Assembly (NCBI GenBank): GCA_051748045.1
Contig: JBNJGY010000001.1
Location: 119,873-183,872 of the forward strand
Length of the DNA: 64,000 nt
Source of the DNA: Thermotogota bacterium
GTDB lineage: Bacteria > Thermotogota > Thermotogae > Petrotogales > Petrotogaceae
Reading direction: 5' to 3'
Both the position numbers and the translations under genes were made by a program. The notes beneath the pieces were generated by a model. The model searched no databases. It saw only the letters and a program-made list of their open reading frames with translations, and was not told the DNA's origin. How positions within the stretch are numbered: the first letter of the stretch is position 1; every line of letters begins with the position of its first letter. Shown piece after piece: positions 9,116-19,841 of the stretch.

Positions 9116-10858
9116 ATGAAAAAATTAATGGGGTTATTAATACTTCTAACTCTATTTATTTTTACATCTTGCTCAAATCAAGAAAAAGACAGGATAGTAA
9201 ATATAGATGAAACAAGAGTTTCTCCTAACACTAGTTTAAATTTTGAAACAAATTTTGATTATGAAAATTATGATATTTTAATAAACGAATCACCGGTGAA
9301 TGTTCAAAGTTCACCGGGTTCGTTTTTTATAAATAATGCTGATTATGGACAGAATAATTTAACAATGAAATTTTTCGATGAATCGGAGAATTTAATTACC
9401 AATTATTCTACTTCTATATTTTTTGATAATCAAGCTCCTCAAATAACAAATCAAAATATTTTTATAGAAAAAAGTGTTTTAAATATTAATTTTGAAGTCG
9501 AATCGGATGACTATCTATACAGTGTTTTAAGGGTTAACGATACACTCATTTCTTCAACAACTAATACTTCTTTCTATAAAAATATTCGAAAAAATTCAGG
9601 AGAAAAAAACATTACTATCAAGTTATTTGATGAAACTTATAACACAACTACTTTTTCAACATCTATCCATACAAATATAGACAATAAACCAAAAATACTT
9701 TCAAATGTATTAAGTATAAATTTGTTTTCTGAATATAATTTGGATTTTTCTGATGATTGGGATAAAGAATTAAATATATTTATAACAGATAATGGAATTA
9801 ACAGTTTTTTTTATCCTTACAAAATATTAGAAACAGAATTATCAACAGCTACAATAAACGCTTTTGATTCTTCAAATAATTTTGATTTTAAAACAGTAAA
9901 AATATTGAGAGATAAAAACATACCAAAAAGTCCTATAATAAACTCAAGACTAATATCATCTGAATCCGGTTTTTTTTCTTGGGTTCCTGAAGGTGATAAT
10001 TCGAAATATGTAATAGAAATTTTTGATGATGATTATGGCTGGTATTCAAAGTATGACACTGATTCGTCTTTTTTTGAAATTCGCGAAGAAAACCTTAGTT
10101 TCATAAGAAAAATATCCTCTAATAGGACAAAAGGCTTTCCGTCTCCTCCAATTATTAAATTTAAGGATAATTTGAAGCCTTATGCATCTGGAATTTTGGA
10201 AAATATTAATGAAAATTCTATATTAAACCAAATAAATTCTCCTTTTATAGTCGCTTCAGATATTTTAATTGATGAAGGAAATAGTTTATTTATTGAATCT
10301 GGTACTATCCTAAGGTTTTTTGCAGATTCAAGACTAATTGTAAGAGGTAATTTATTTATTATGCCTGGTTTAGTTGAAAGCGAAATAATTGGAAATGGAA
10401 TGATTGTTATGGACGGGGGAAATCTTATTGTTTCTGATACCAAAATTGAAAATATTGATATTAATGGTGATGAAGGTAAATTGATCTTTTTAGAAGATAT
10501 TAATTTTCTTAATGACTCAAATCTTAACGTTCAGAATATTTTTAGAGTTCAACTTTACAACATACAAAAGAACTTAGGAGTAAACAATTTTAAAAATATA
10601 TCTGGATTATATATTAAAAATAGTTCTCTTAATAATTCGACTATTTTGAATTCAAATGAAGCTTTGTTATACAATTCCACAATTAATGATTTTTCTCAAA
10701 GTTTTAGAACTAGATCGGTAATTGAAAACTGTAAAATTGCCTCTATACAGAATACCGATTTCAGTTATCTTTATTCTATTGATACAGAGGTTGATGAAGT
10801 GTACAATGATAACTTCTCATTATTTTTGGATAATTTAAATAATTTTTCAGGAGATTAG
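9116..10858 (+). CDS. Lipoprotein with Ig-like repeats and a C-terminal beta-helix-like region
   Basis: Lipobox (LFIFTSC). Three repeats end in ..FDE..N....ST.I..D...P.I, and the Asn-rich C-terminal half has parallel-beta-helix-like periodicity. It starts 1 nt after the hflC stop. Confidence 0.6.
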   Translation: MKKLMGLLILLTLFIFTSCSNQEKDRIVNIDETRVSPNTSLNFETNFDYENYDILINESPVNVQSSPGSFFINNADYGQNNLTMKFFDESENLITNYSTSIFFDNQAPQITNQNIFIEKSVLNINFEVESDDYLYSVLRVNDTLISSTTNTSFYKNIRKNSGEKNITIKLFDETYNTTTFSTSIHTNIDNKPKILSNVLSINLFSEYNLDFSDDWDKELNIFITDNGINSFFYPYKILETELSTATINAFDSSNNFDFKTVKILRDKNIPKSPIINSRLISSESGFFSWVPEGDNSKYVIEIFDDDYGWYSKYDTDSSFFEIREENLSFIRKISSNRTKGFPSPPIIKFKDNLKPYASGILENINENSILNQINSPFIVASDILIDEGNSLFIESGTILRFFADSRLIVRGNLFIMPGLVESEIIGNGMIVMDGGNLIVSDTKIENIDINGDEGKLIFLEDINFLNDSNLNVQNIFRVQLYNIQKNLGVNNFKNISGLYIKNSSLNNSTILNSNEALLYNSTINDFSQSFRTRSVIENCKIASIQNTDFSYLYSIDTEVDEVYNDNFSLFLDNLNNFSGD

Positions 10859-10862
10859 CACT

Positions 10863-11519
10863 ATGAATATAGAAAGAATATTTAGAGATTTGAAATTAAA
10901 ATCTTTCTCAAATTCACATTTACCGAATTCCGCTTCGGTTTTTTTGACTATTATTAGTTCAAAGATGGTAAAAGATAAAATGAATATACTTGAAATTGGT
11001 TCTGGAATAGGACATGTAAGTTTAGTTTTATCTAAAGTTTTTGAAAAATCAAATTTTTATGGTGTGGAAATTCAAAAGGATTTATATGATTTTTCTTTAG
11101 AAAATAAAAAAGTAAACAATTCACCAAATATTGAATTTATAAACGATGATATCAAAAACATTTCTAATTATTTTGATAATGAATTTTTTGATTTGATAAT
11201 TAGTAATCCACCTCATTATATTTCAGGGAAATCAAGTAATTTAACTGATAGAAAAATTGCTAGAACATTTGATGAGAAAAATATATTTAATTTTATAGAT
11301 AACTCATGGAAAATGATTAAAAATAAAAAAAGTGTTATTTATGTTTTACATAGTAATTCTTTTAGATCTTTTTTTTATAATGCTATAGATAGAAGACTAG
11401 AACCATATGAAATCATTCCTGCTTATGGGAAAAATAGCAAAGAATCTCAATTAATATGTTTAAAATTGAGAAAAAATGGTGGTAAGAATTTAACTTTTAA
11501 AAAACCTTATATAATATAA
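10863..11519 (+). CDS. SAM-dependent methyltransferase (NPPY-type, YfiC/TrmN6-like)
   Basis: Motif I ILEIGSGIGHVS and motif IV ISNPPHY. Confidence 0.7.
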   Translation: MNIERIFRDLKLKSFSNSHLPNSASVFLTIISSKMVKDKMNILEIGSGIGHVSLVLSKVFEKSNFYGVEIQKDLYDFSLENKKVNNSPNIEFINDDIKNISNYFDNEFFDLIISNPPHYISGKSSNLTDRKIARTFDEKNIFNFIDNSWKMIKNKKSVIYVLHSNSFRSFFYNAIDRRLEPYEIIPAYGKNSKESQLICLKLRKNGGKNLTFKKPYII

Positions 11520-11537
11520 TTTTTAGGGGTGATTTTT

Positions 11538-12224
11538 TTGAAAAAAGGAAAGTTAATTGTATTAGAATCTGGTACAGACTCTAGTGGAAAAGAAACACAA
11601 ACTAATCTTTTATTTTCAAGGCTAAAAAATGATAATTTAAATATTTTAAAAATAGAATATCCTGATTATAAAAGTGAATCTTCAGCTTTGATTAAAATGT
11701 ATTTGAATGGAGAATTTGGAACTGATCCTTATTCTGTTAATCCGTTTGCTTCTTCTTCTTTTTTTGCTGTAGATAGATATGCATCTTTCAAAAAGAAATG
11801 GGAAAATATTTATAAAAATGGAGGAATAATAATAGCAGATAGATACACCACCTCAAATATGGTACATCAAGCCTCAAAAATTAAAGATGATAAAGAAAAA
11901 AATTATTTTTTAGAATGGTTATATGATTTCGAATTTAATAAAATAGGCATTCCAGAACCAGATAAAGTTTTTTTCTTGGATGTTCCACCTGACGTATCTT
12001 ATTCTTTGATGAAAAATAGAAAGAATAAAATAAACGGTTCTTCAAAAAAAGACATACATGAAAATAATTTAGACTATCTATTAAATACTTATAATAACGC
12101 TTTATATGTCTCCAGTAAATATGATTGGGAAAGAATAATTTGTGTTAAAAATGGAAAAATGAAATCAATTCAAGAAATAAACGATGAAATTTATTATAAA
12201 GCAAAAGAGCTCATAAACTCATAA
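11538..12224 (+). CDS. tmk: Thymidylate kinase-like nucleotide kinase
   Basis: P-loop ESGTDSSGKET and DRY motif (IIADRYTTSN). TTG 11538 has a better SD spacing (GGGGTGA + 5 nt) than GTG 11529. Confidence 0.6.
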   Translation: MKKGKLIVLESGTDSSGKETQTNLLFSRLKNDNLNILKIEYPDYKSESSALIKMYLNGEFGTDPYSVNPFASSSFFAVDRYASFKKKWENIYKNGGIIIADRYTTSNMVHQASKIKDDKEKNYFLEWLYDFEFNKIGIPEPDKVFFLDVPPDVSYSLMKNRKNKINGSSKKDIHENNLDYLLNTYNNALYVSSKYDWERIICVKNGKMKSIQEINDEIYYKAKELINS

Positions 12225-12824
12225 TAAGTCTATAAACTCTTTTGTTAAACGAGCTGTTAATCCCCAGATTATATGCCCCTGGTAATTATAAAAGTAAATT
12301 GGGTATTTACCTTTTTTCCATTTATATTTTTTACCATTTGGTATTAACTCATAAGGAAATCCATCATCTGTGCTTGTTAATATTTCAGCATAATGAACTT
12401 GAGGATTATTGTTCAAGAAATATTCTATTGGTACTGTAAAAAGGCTGTCAACTTCATCACTTGAAAAATAGATTTTATTAAGCTCCATATTTAAAAAACC
12501 TATATAAGAGTGAATAATGAAATTATAAGGCGATATAAAATAATCGCCTTTTTTTATTATTTCAATATTTTTTGTAGATATGTTTAATTCTTCTCCAGTT
12601 TCTCTTTTTGCGGCTTCTAAATAGCTTTCATTTTTTTCAACCATCCCTCCAGGAAAAGATACCTCTCCTGGCTGTTTGCTGAGCGAGAGAGCTCTCGTTT
12701 CATATAACAACGACAATTCTCCTTCAACTTCAATCAAAGGGATTAAAACAGAGTATATATTTTTTATTCCCAACGGTCTAGGTTGATGGTTATTAAGTTT
12801 TTTCTTAATATGTTCTAAATTCAT
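12219..12824 (-). CDS. Nudix hydrolase (CoA pyrophosphatase-like)
   Basis: Nudix box GGMVEKNESYLEAAKRETGEELNI. Confidence 0.75.
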   Translation of the reverse strand: MNLEHIKKKLNNHQPRPLGIKNIYSVLIPLIEVEGELSLLYETRALSLSKQPGEVSFPGGMVEKNESYLEAAKRETGEELNISTKNIEIIKKGDYFISPYNFIIHSYIGFLNMELNKIYFSSDEVDSLFTVPIEYFLNNNPQVHYAEILTSTDDGFPYELIPNGKKYKWKKGKYPIYFYNYQGHIIWGLTARLTKEFIDLL

Positions 12825-13768
12825 TATAAATACCTTTCAGTTATCAAACTACAAATATCCTCTAATAATCTACTGTCTTTTTCATCAAACGGGTTAACCA
12901 AATGGCTATCTATATCTATCTCGCCAGCTATTTCTCCTTTTTTATCAAAAAGAGGAACTACTATTTCTGATTTTGTTTTTGGACTGCATGACAAATAATT
13001 ATCTTCTTTTGATACATCACCTATTAAAAATGTTTTTTCAGTACTAGCAGCCTGTCCACAAATACCCTGACCAAATTCAATTTCAATATGTTCTGTTTCT
13101 TCTCCTATATATGGACCGACTTTTAATTTGTTATTTCCATCAACAAGATAAAACCCTGTCCAATTATAATAGTCTATTTTCTTATCAAGTAGTTCACAAA
13201 TATTAGCTAAGGCATCAATAAAATCTAATTTTTTACCATTTATTATTTTTTTTGCTTCATCATAAACTACCCAGAATAAAGCTTTTTTATCATCAGGTTG
13301 ATAATTATTATTATATTCTGAAACTGCTTTTTCAAACAATTCTTCAAAAGTTATTTTATCTTTATTATCGAAATACCAAATATAATCCAGTAAAATAACA
13401 TTAGTTTTGTATGTTTCAACAACTGTGTATGGTTTTTCACCATCAATATTTATAATTAAAACTGAAAAATCTGCTCTTTTTAAATTATAATTATCAGATT
13501 TTTTTGTTATCAAGTTAATTATTTTCGATTTTTCTTTTGCAATATTTTCTTCTCTAACCCAATTAACAATATCAAGTTTTTTCCTGCCAATGTTTTCTTT
13601 TAAATAATTAATATAAGATTCTTTATTATAACCATTTTTTTCAATTCCAATTTTAAAAATACCATTGGTTTTTTTATCAAAATCGTCAAACCATTTTTTC
13701 CAATCTTCTTTCGGATATGATAATATTTCAAAGAAATCTTTGGTTTTATCGTTAAAAATGCTTCTCAC
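12824..13768 (-). CDS. GAF-domain protein (free-Met-sulfoxide-reductase-type GAF) with an unknown N-terminal domain
   Basis: The C-terminal half has WTGFYLV...GPYIGE......GQGICGQAA...SEIVVPL...GEIDIDS, typical of YebR/fRMsr-type GAF. GTG start with a GAGGTGA SD. Confidence 0.65.
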   Translation of the reverse strand: MRSIFNDKTKDFFEILSYPKEDWKKWFDDFDKKTNGIFKIGIEKNGYNKESYINYLKENIGRKKLDIVNWVREENIAKEKSKIINLITKKSDNYNLKRADFSVLIINIDGEKPYTVVETYKTNVILLDYIWYFDNKDKITFEELFEKAVSEYNNNYQPDDKKALFWVVYDEAKKIINGKKLDFIDALANICELLDKKIDYYNWTGFYLVDGNNKLKVGPYIGEETEHIEIEFGQGICGQAASTEKTFLIGDVSKEDNYLSCSPKTKSEIVVPLFDKKGEIAGEIDIDSHLVNPFDEKDSRLLEDICSLITERYL

Positions 13769-13783
13769 TTATTTCACCTCAAA

Positions 13784-14986
13784 CTAAAATAATTTTTTTA
13801 TAAATATATCTGGTTCTTTATCCTTAAAATAAACAGAGAAAAAAACATATTTTCCATCATCGGAAAATGTTGGATAATATGTATCAACCTTTATATCTCT
13901 AGTTAAATTTAGTAAATTGTTATTGTAATAGTAAAAAATATCATAAGATGCATTAAAATTATAAGAAAAAACAATTTTATCTGAATTATCAGACCATGAA
14001 TCCATTTGATTTCTTGATAAATCAAAAATATTTTTACTTTCTTCTTCATTTTTTATGTAAATTTTAACTTCTGCTGTGTGAGGGTCAATACCATAATAGA
14101 TAAGATTATCTTTATAATATGAAGGTCTGTATTTCAACAGATTATCTTCAACTAGTATTTTTTTAGTCATAGTCTTTAAATTATATTCTACTATTCTATT
14201 ATATTCTTCTACGTCATCAACTTCTTCTGAAAAAACTATTGTACTTTCATCTTTAAAATAAGGAGAATATCCGTAATAATTTTCTGTAACTTTCAAGAAA
14301 TCATTCTTTTGCTTGTCATATAATACAATATCCCAATTTCCAAATAGAGTTGATTGAAACACAAAAAAATTCCCATCAGGTGAAATGTCTGGAAAATATT
14401 CTGATGATAATTCAAGAGATATTTTTTCAGTTGAATTATTTTTTAAATCATAATAATATACTTCTCTATTTCCTTTGAATCTATCGCTTATAAAAGCTAT
14501 TGTATCATTTCTCTTTATTGGGTATTCGTCCACACCATCATAGAAGGTTAACTGTAGAGTTTTCCAGCTTGAATCATGTTTAAACCTACTTAATGAGATT
14601 TTTTCTAATATATCGACACTCATTTCTGTAATCCAATCAGCAGAATTTTTTGACTTTATTTTTTTTAAATTGTTCTTACCTTCTATTTCATAATATACAT
14701 TAATAATTTCTGTTGAGCTATTGGTTAATCTTAAAAAAACGTCAGAATCATAGCTCATTTCTTTATTATAATCATAATAAGTAGCTAGATATTCAGTTTT
14801 GTTGGAACTGATTAATTCAAAATTATAGAAATAGCTACCTATTTCTACAATATTTTCAACCATTTGATTATGAAACCAGTCAGAACTATCATACTCAATA
14901 ATCATTGAATTTTTATCGAAAGAAAAACTTATTATAGAAATGATAATCAAAAAAATAAATAAAACCAATTTATTCATTTTAATCAA
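13784..14986 (-). CDS. TolB-like (PD40/WD40-like beta-propeller) exported protein
   Basis: N-terminal signal/TM segment. It has repeated PD40-like motifs (FISDR...REVYYYDL; PDISPDGNFFVFQS; PTFSDDGKYVFFS). Confidence 0.6.
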   Translation of the reverse strand: MIKMNKLVLFIFLIIISIISFSFDKNSMIIEYDSSDWFHNQMVENIVEIGSYFYNFELISSNKTEYLATYYDYNKEMSYDSDVFLRLTNSSTEIINVYYEIEGKNNLKKIKSKNSADWITEMSVDILEKISLSRFKHDSSWKTLQLTFYDGVDEYPIKRNDTIAFISDRFKGNREVYYYDLKNNSTEKISLELSSEYFPDISPDGNFFVFQSTLFGNWDIVLYDKQKNDFLKVTENYYGYSPYFKDESTIVFSEEVDDVEEYNRIVEYNLKTMTKKILVEDNLLKYRPSYYKDNLIYYGIDPHTAEVKIYIKNEEESKNIFDLSRNQMDSWSDNSDKIVFSYNFNASYDIFYYYNNNLLNLTRDIKVDTYYPTFSDDGKYVFFSVYFKDKEPDIFIKKLF

Positions 14987-15416
14987 GCTTTTCTTGAACT
15001 ATTTTTTTCACTAAAGTTCCGTCGGCTTTTCCTTTCACTTTGGGCATAATTTTACCCATTACTTTTCCAAAATCTGTTTTATTTTCTGCTCCAACTTCTT
15101 TTATAACTTCGTCAACAATTTTTTCAATTTCCTCTTTATTCATTTGTTCAGGTAAATATTTCATCAGAACCTTTATTTCTTCTTCTTCTTGATTTGCTAA
15201 TTCATCTCTTCCAGCATTTCTATATTGTTCAGCAGAATCTTTTCTGTTTTTTATTTGTTTTTCTATTATCGATATTATTTCTTCGTCAGATAATTCTTTT
15301 TGTTTATCTATTTCTTGTTTTTTAATTTCTGCATTCACCATTTTAACAGTATTTAAAGCTATTTTGTTTTTTTCTTTCATATAATTTTTCATATCTTCCA
15401 TAAGTTTCTTTTTCAT
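14979..15416 (-). CDS. GatB/YqeY domain protein
   Basis: 145 aa with the YqeY-type sequence (..MKEKNK.AL.T.....AEIK..EID......DEE.I.....IK.RKDS...Y..AGR.ELA..E..E). Confidence 0.8.
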   Translation of the reverse strand: MKKKLMEDMKNYMKEKNKIALNTVKMVNAEIKKQEIDKQKELSDEEIISIIEKQIKNRKDSAEQYRNAGRDELANQEEEEIKVLMKYLPEQMNKEEIEKIVDEVIKEVGAENKTDFGKVMGKIMPKVKGKADGTLVKKIVQEKLD

Positions 15417-15428
15417 AACAATCTCCTC

Positions 15429-17426
<1,998 letters not shown>

Positions 17427-17780
17427 CTACCTCCTCTCAACTAATACAAAAGCTATTGCATATTCTTTTTCATGACTTATAGAAATTTTTATATCTACTT
17501 TATCAATTTTACCATTTAAATAAATCATTGACTCTTTATCTATAAAAGGTTCTCCATTCTCTCTATTTAAAATAGTGATTGCATTAAAATCAAATGAAAC
17601 ATTTAAGGCTTTATATAAAGCCTCTTTAGCTGAAAATCTACCAGCTGCAAATTCTTTTTTTCTATTTTCATTTTTAAAATTGTTTATTATATTTTTTTCT
17701 TTTTCGGATAATATTCTAGAAATTATTTTTTCATTTATCCTTTGAATTCTTACAATATCAGTCCCTATTCCTTTAATCAT
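17427..17780 (-). CDS. acpS: Holo-[acyl-carrier-protein] synthase
   Basis: 117 aa with N-terminal GIGTDIV and FAAKEA-like FSAKEALYKA, plus SISH at the C-terminus. Confidence 0.85.
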   Translation of the reverse strand: MIKGIGTDIVRIQRINEKIISRILSEKEKNIINNFKNENRKKEFAAGRFSAKEALYKALNVSFDFNAITILNRENGEPFIDKESMIYLNGKIDKVDIKISISHEKEYAIAFVLVERR

Positions 17781-19839
17781 AATACTTAAAAGTTATCACT
17801 GCTCCTTTAGGTATTTTTTGCATAAATGAACTAACTTTCTCTCCATTTAATTTTAGATCAAATGATTTTATATTTTTAGTATCAATTTCCAAATGAGAGA
17901 ATAAATCGATTATGTTAGGTTCGTATTCTTCTTTAATTATTTTATAATTAGATCCATTTTTTACTTGAGAACTCAACTCAGTATGTTTAGTTCCATTTTT
18001 AATTATTATTTTTTCTTTTTCTAGTTTTATTTTTTCTCCGTTGTAGTTAACCTCAAAAGTAGCTATATCTGTGTCAATAAATTCTCTTATTAGAGGTAAT
18101 TCCAATTTTTTTGTTTGAAAATTATCGTTATTTCTAATATCTTCATTTTCATTAACTATTTGATCATTCCTAATGATAGAAACTTCTCCTGGAATTTCAT
18201 AAGGAACACTATCTATTGTAAAATAAACTGAATCAGAAAAATTTGAAACAACATCTTTAACTTTTGGACTTTTTGTTTTTATTTTTTGCCCATCTTTTAA
18301 AATTGTTTCAGGAGAAACTTCTTCTTCATTTATTAATATTTTTGGATATATTTCTTTTGGTTCTCCATCTAAATAATATTTAATAGGTTCAATAATATCC
18401 TTTATTCTTATCTTTATTTCCTCACCTTGCTCTGGAGGATAAACTTCTATTTTATCTCCTGGTTTTACTTTAGATTTAAGATTTGATTTTTCCTCATTTA
18501 TTTTAATCAAAGCTTCTTTTCCTAGATTACCTTTTTTTATTTTAAACTCATCGTTTAACTCATATGTAATTGCCTTTGAAGGTTTCCCTATTAATTGATT
18601 TGGAGAATACCCAACTTGTAGTAAAACTTGCATTACTGAAAGATCTGTACCAATCATCATCATATTAACAACTGTTCCATTTACTGTGACTGAGTTAAAA
18701 ACATTACCTTCTTTTTTTAATGCAGAATTAGCAATACCTATCGGAGTTATATATTCGCTGCCAATCATCACATTTTCTTCAAATTTAATTTTCTGTAAAT
18801 TATCTGTTGATTTTAAAGCAACTCTATTTTCAGATAATTCTAAATATTCAGATATTTTTTCTTTAAAAGTAGGAACTTTTCCTCCACCACCTACTAACAT
18901 AACAGCAACCGGTGATTTCCCATTTAATTCCAAAATTTTATTAGATATTTCTGAAGTTATTTTATCAATAGATTCTTTAATTATCTCTAAAATTTTTTCT
19001 TTTGATATTTCATGCTCAAAATCTAATACATCTTTATATTTAAATGAATCTTTTTCATTTAAATGTTTTTTTATTTTTTCTGCTGTATTAAAATCAATCA
19101 ATAGTTCCTTGGTGATAGCCTCTGTTATTTCATCACCTGCTAAAGGAACCATTCCATATCCAGTTATAGTCCCTTCGTTAGAAATGGCTATGTCTGATGT
19201 ACCGGCTCCAACATCTACCATAGCAATATTTAGAGTTCTTAAATCTTCAGGAACAACTAAATTCATTGCAGCAATTGGTTCTAATGTTATATGAACAGGG
19301 GTAAGACTATTCATTTCTAAAACAGATAACATGGCTTCAACTACATTTTTTGGTAAGAATGCAGCTATAACTTTTACACTTGCTTTTTTACCTTTTTGAC
19401 CTTCTAAATGCTTTATCCATTCATCATCTAGTTCGTAATATAAAACTGAATAACCTACACAATACATTCCTTTTGAATAATCAAGTTTTTCAGTTGCTTC
19501 TTTTACAGCTTCTAATTCAATTTTTCTAACTTGTGATTTATCTATAAATCCTTGAGAGCTAATATCTATCTCATATTCTCCTGTAGTTGTAATTAAAAAT
19601 CTACCAGCTAAAGCAACAGCCACTTCGTGCGTTGTTTCTCCGGTTTTTTCATTTATATTTTCTAATATTTTTTTTACACCTTTTGCAACTTTATTTACAT
19701 CATGAATCTGACCATCCATCATAGCCCTATTTTCATGTTCTTTTTCAAAAGAATATTTAATAATTATATTTTCTTCTTCATCTATTTCTGCGAGTAATCC
19801 GACCAAGTTTCTTGTTCCTATATCCAACGAAAAAACCAT
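17773..19839 (-). CDS. FtsA/actin-like ATPase with a ~310-aa repeat-containing C-terminal extension
   Basis: The N-terminal ~370 aa carry actin-fold phosphate motifs (DIGTRNLVG; VDVGAGTSDIA; LVGGGGKVP). The C-terminus is built of repeated modules. Confidence 0.7.
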   Translation of the reverse strand: MVFSLDIGTRNLVGLLAEIDEEENIIIKYSFEKEHENRAMMDGQIHDVNKVAKGVKKILENINEKTGETTHEVAVALAGRFLITTTGEYEIDISSQGFIDKSQVRKIELEAVKEATEKLDYSKGMYCVGYSVLYYELDDEWIKHLEGQKGKKASVKVIAAFLPKNVVEAMLSVLEMNSLTPVHITLEPIAAMNLVVPEDLRTLNIAMVDVGAGTSDIAISNEGTITGYGMVPLAGDEITEAITKELLIDFNTAEKIKKHLNEKDSFKYKDVLDFEHEISKEKILEIIKESIDKITSEISNKILELNGKSPVAVMLVGGGGKVPTFKEKISEYLELSENRVALKSTDNLQKIKFEENVMIGSEYITPIGIANSALKKEGNVFNSVTVNGTVVNMMMIGTDLSVMQVLLQVGYSPNQLIGKPSKAITYELNDEFKIKKGNLGKEALIKINEEKSNLKSKVKPGDKIEVYPPEQGEEIKIRIKDIIEPIKYYLDGEPKEIYPKILINEEEVSPETILKDGQKIKTKSPKVKDVVSNFSDSVYFTIDSVPYEIPGEVSIIRNDQIVNENEDIRNNDNFQTKKLELPLIREFIDTDIATFEVNYNGEKIKLEKEKIIIKNGTKHTELSSQVKNGSNYKIIKEEYEPNIIDLFSHLEIDTKNIKSFDLKLNGEKVSSFMQKIPKGAVITFKYYD

Positions 19840-19841
19840 TA

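Noticed and set aside
18686-19294. 202-aa plus-strand ORF inside the ftsA-like gene
   Set aside because: It is antisense to the actin-fold ATPase core. The composition is Ser/Ile/Phe-rich low-complexity sequence, and there is no SD or start context.
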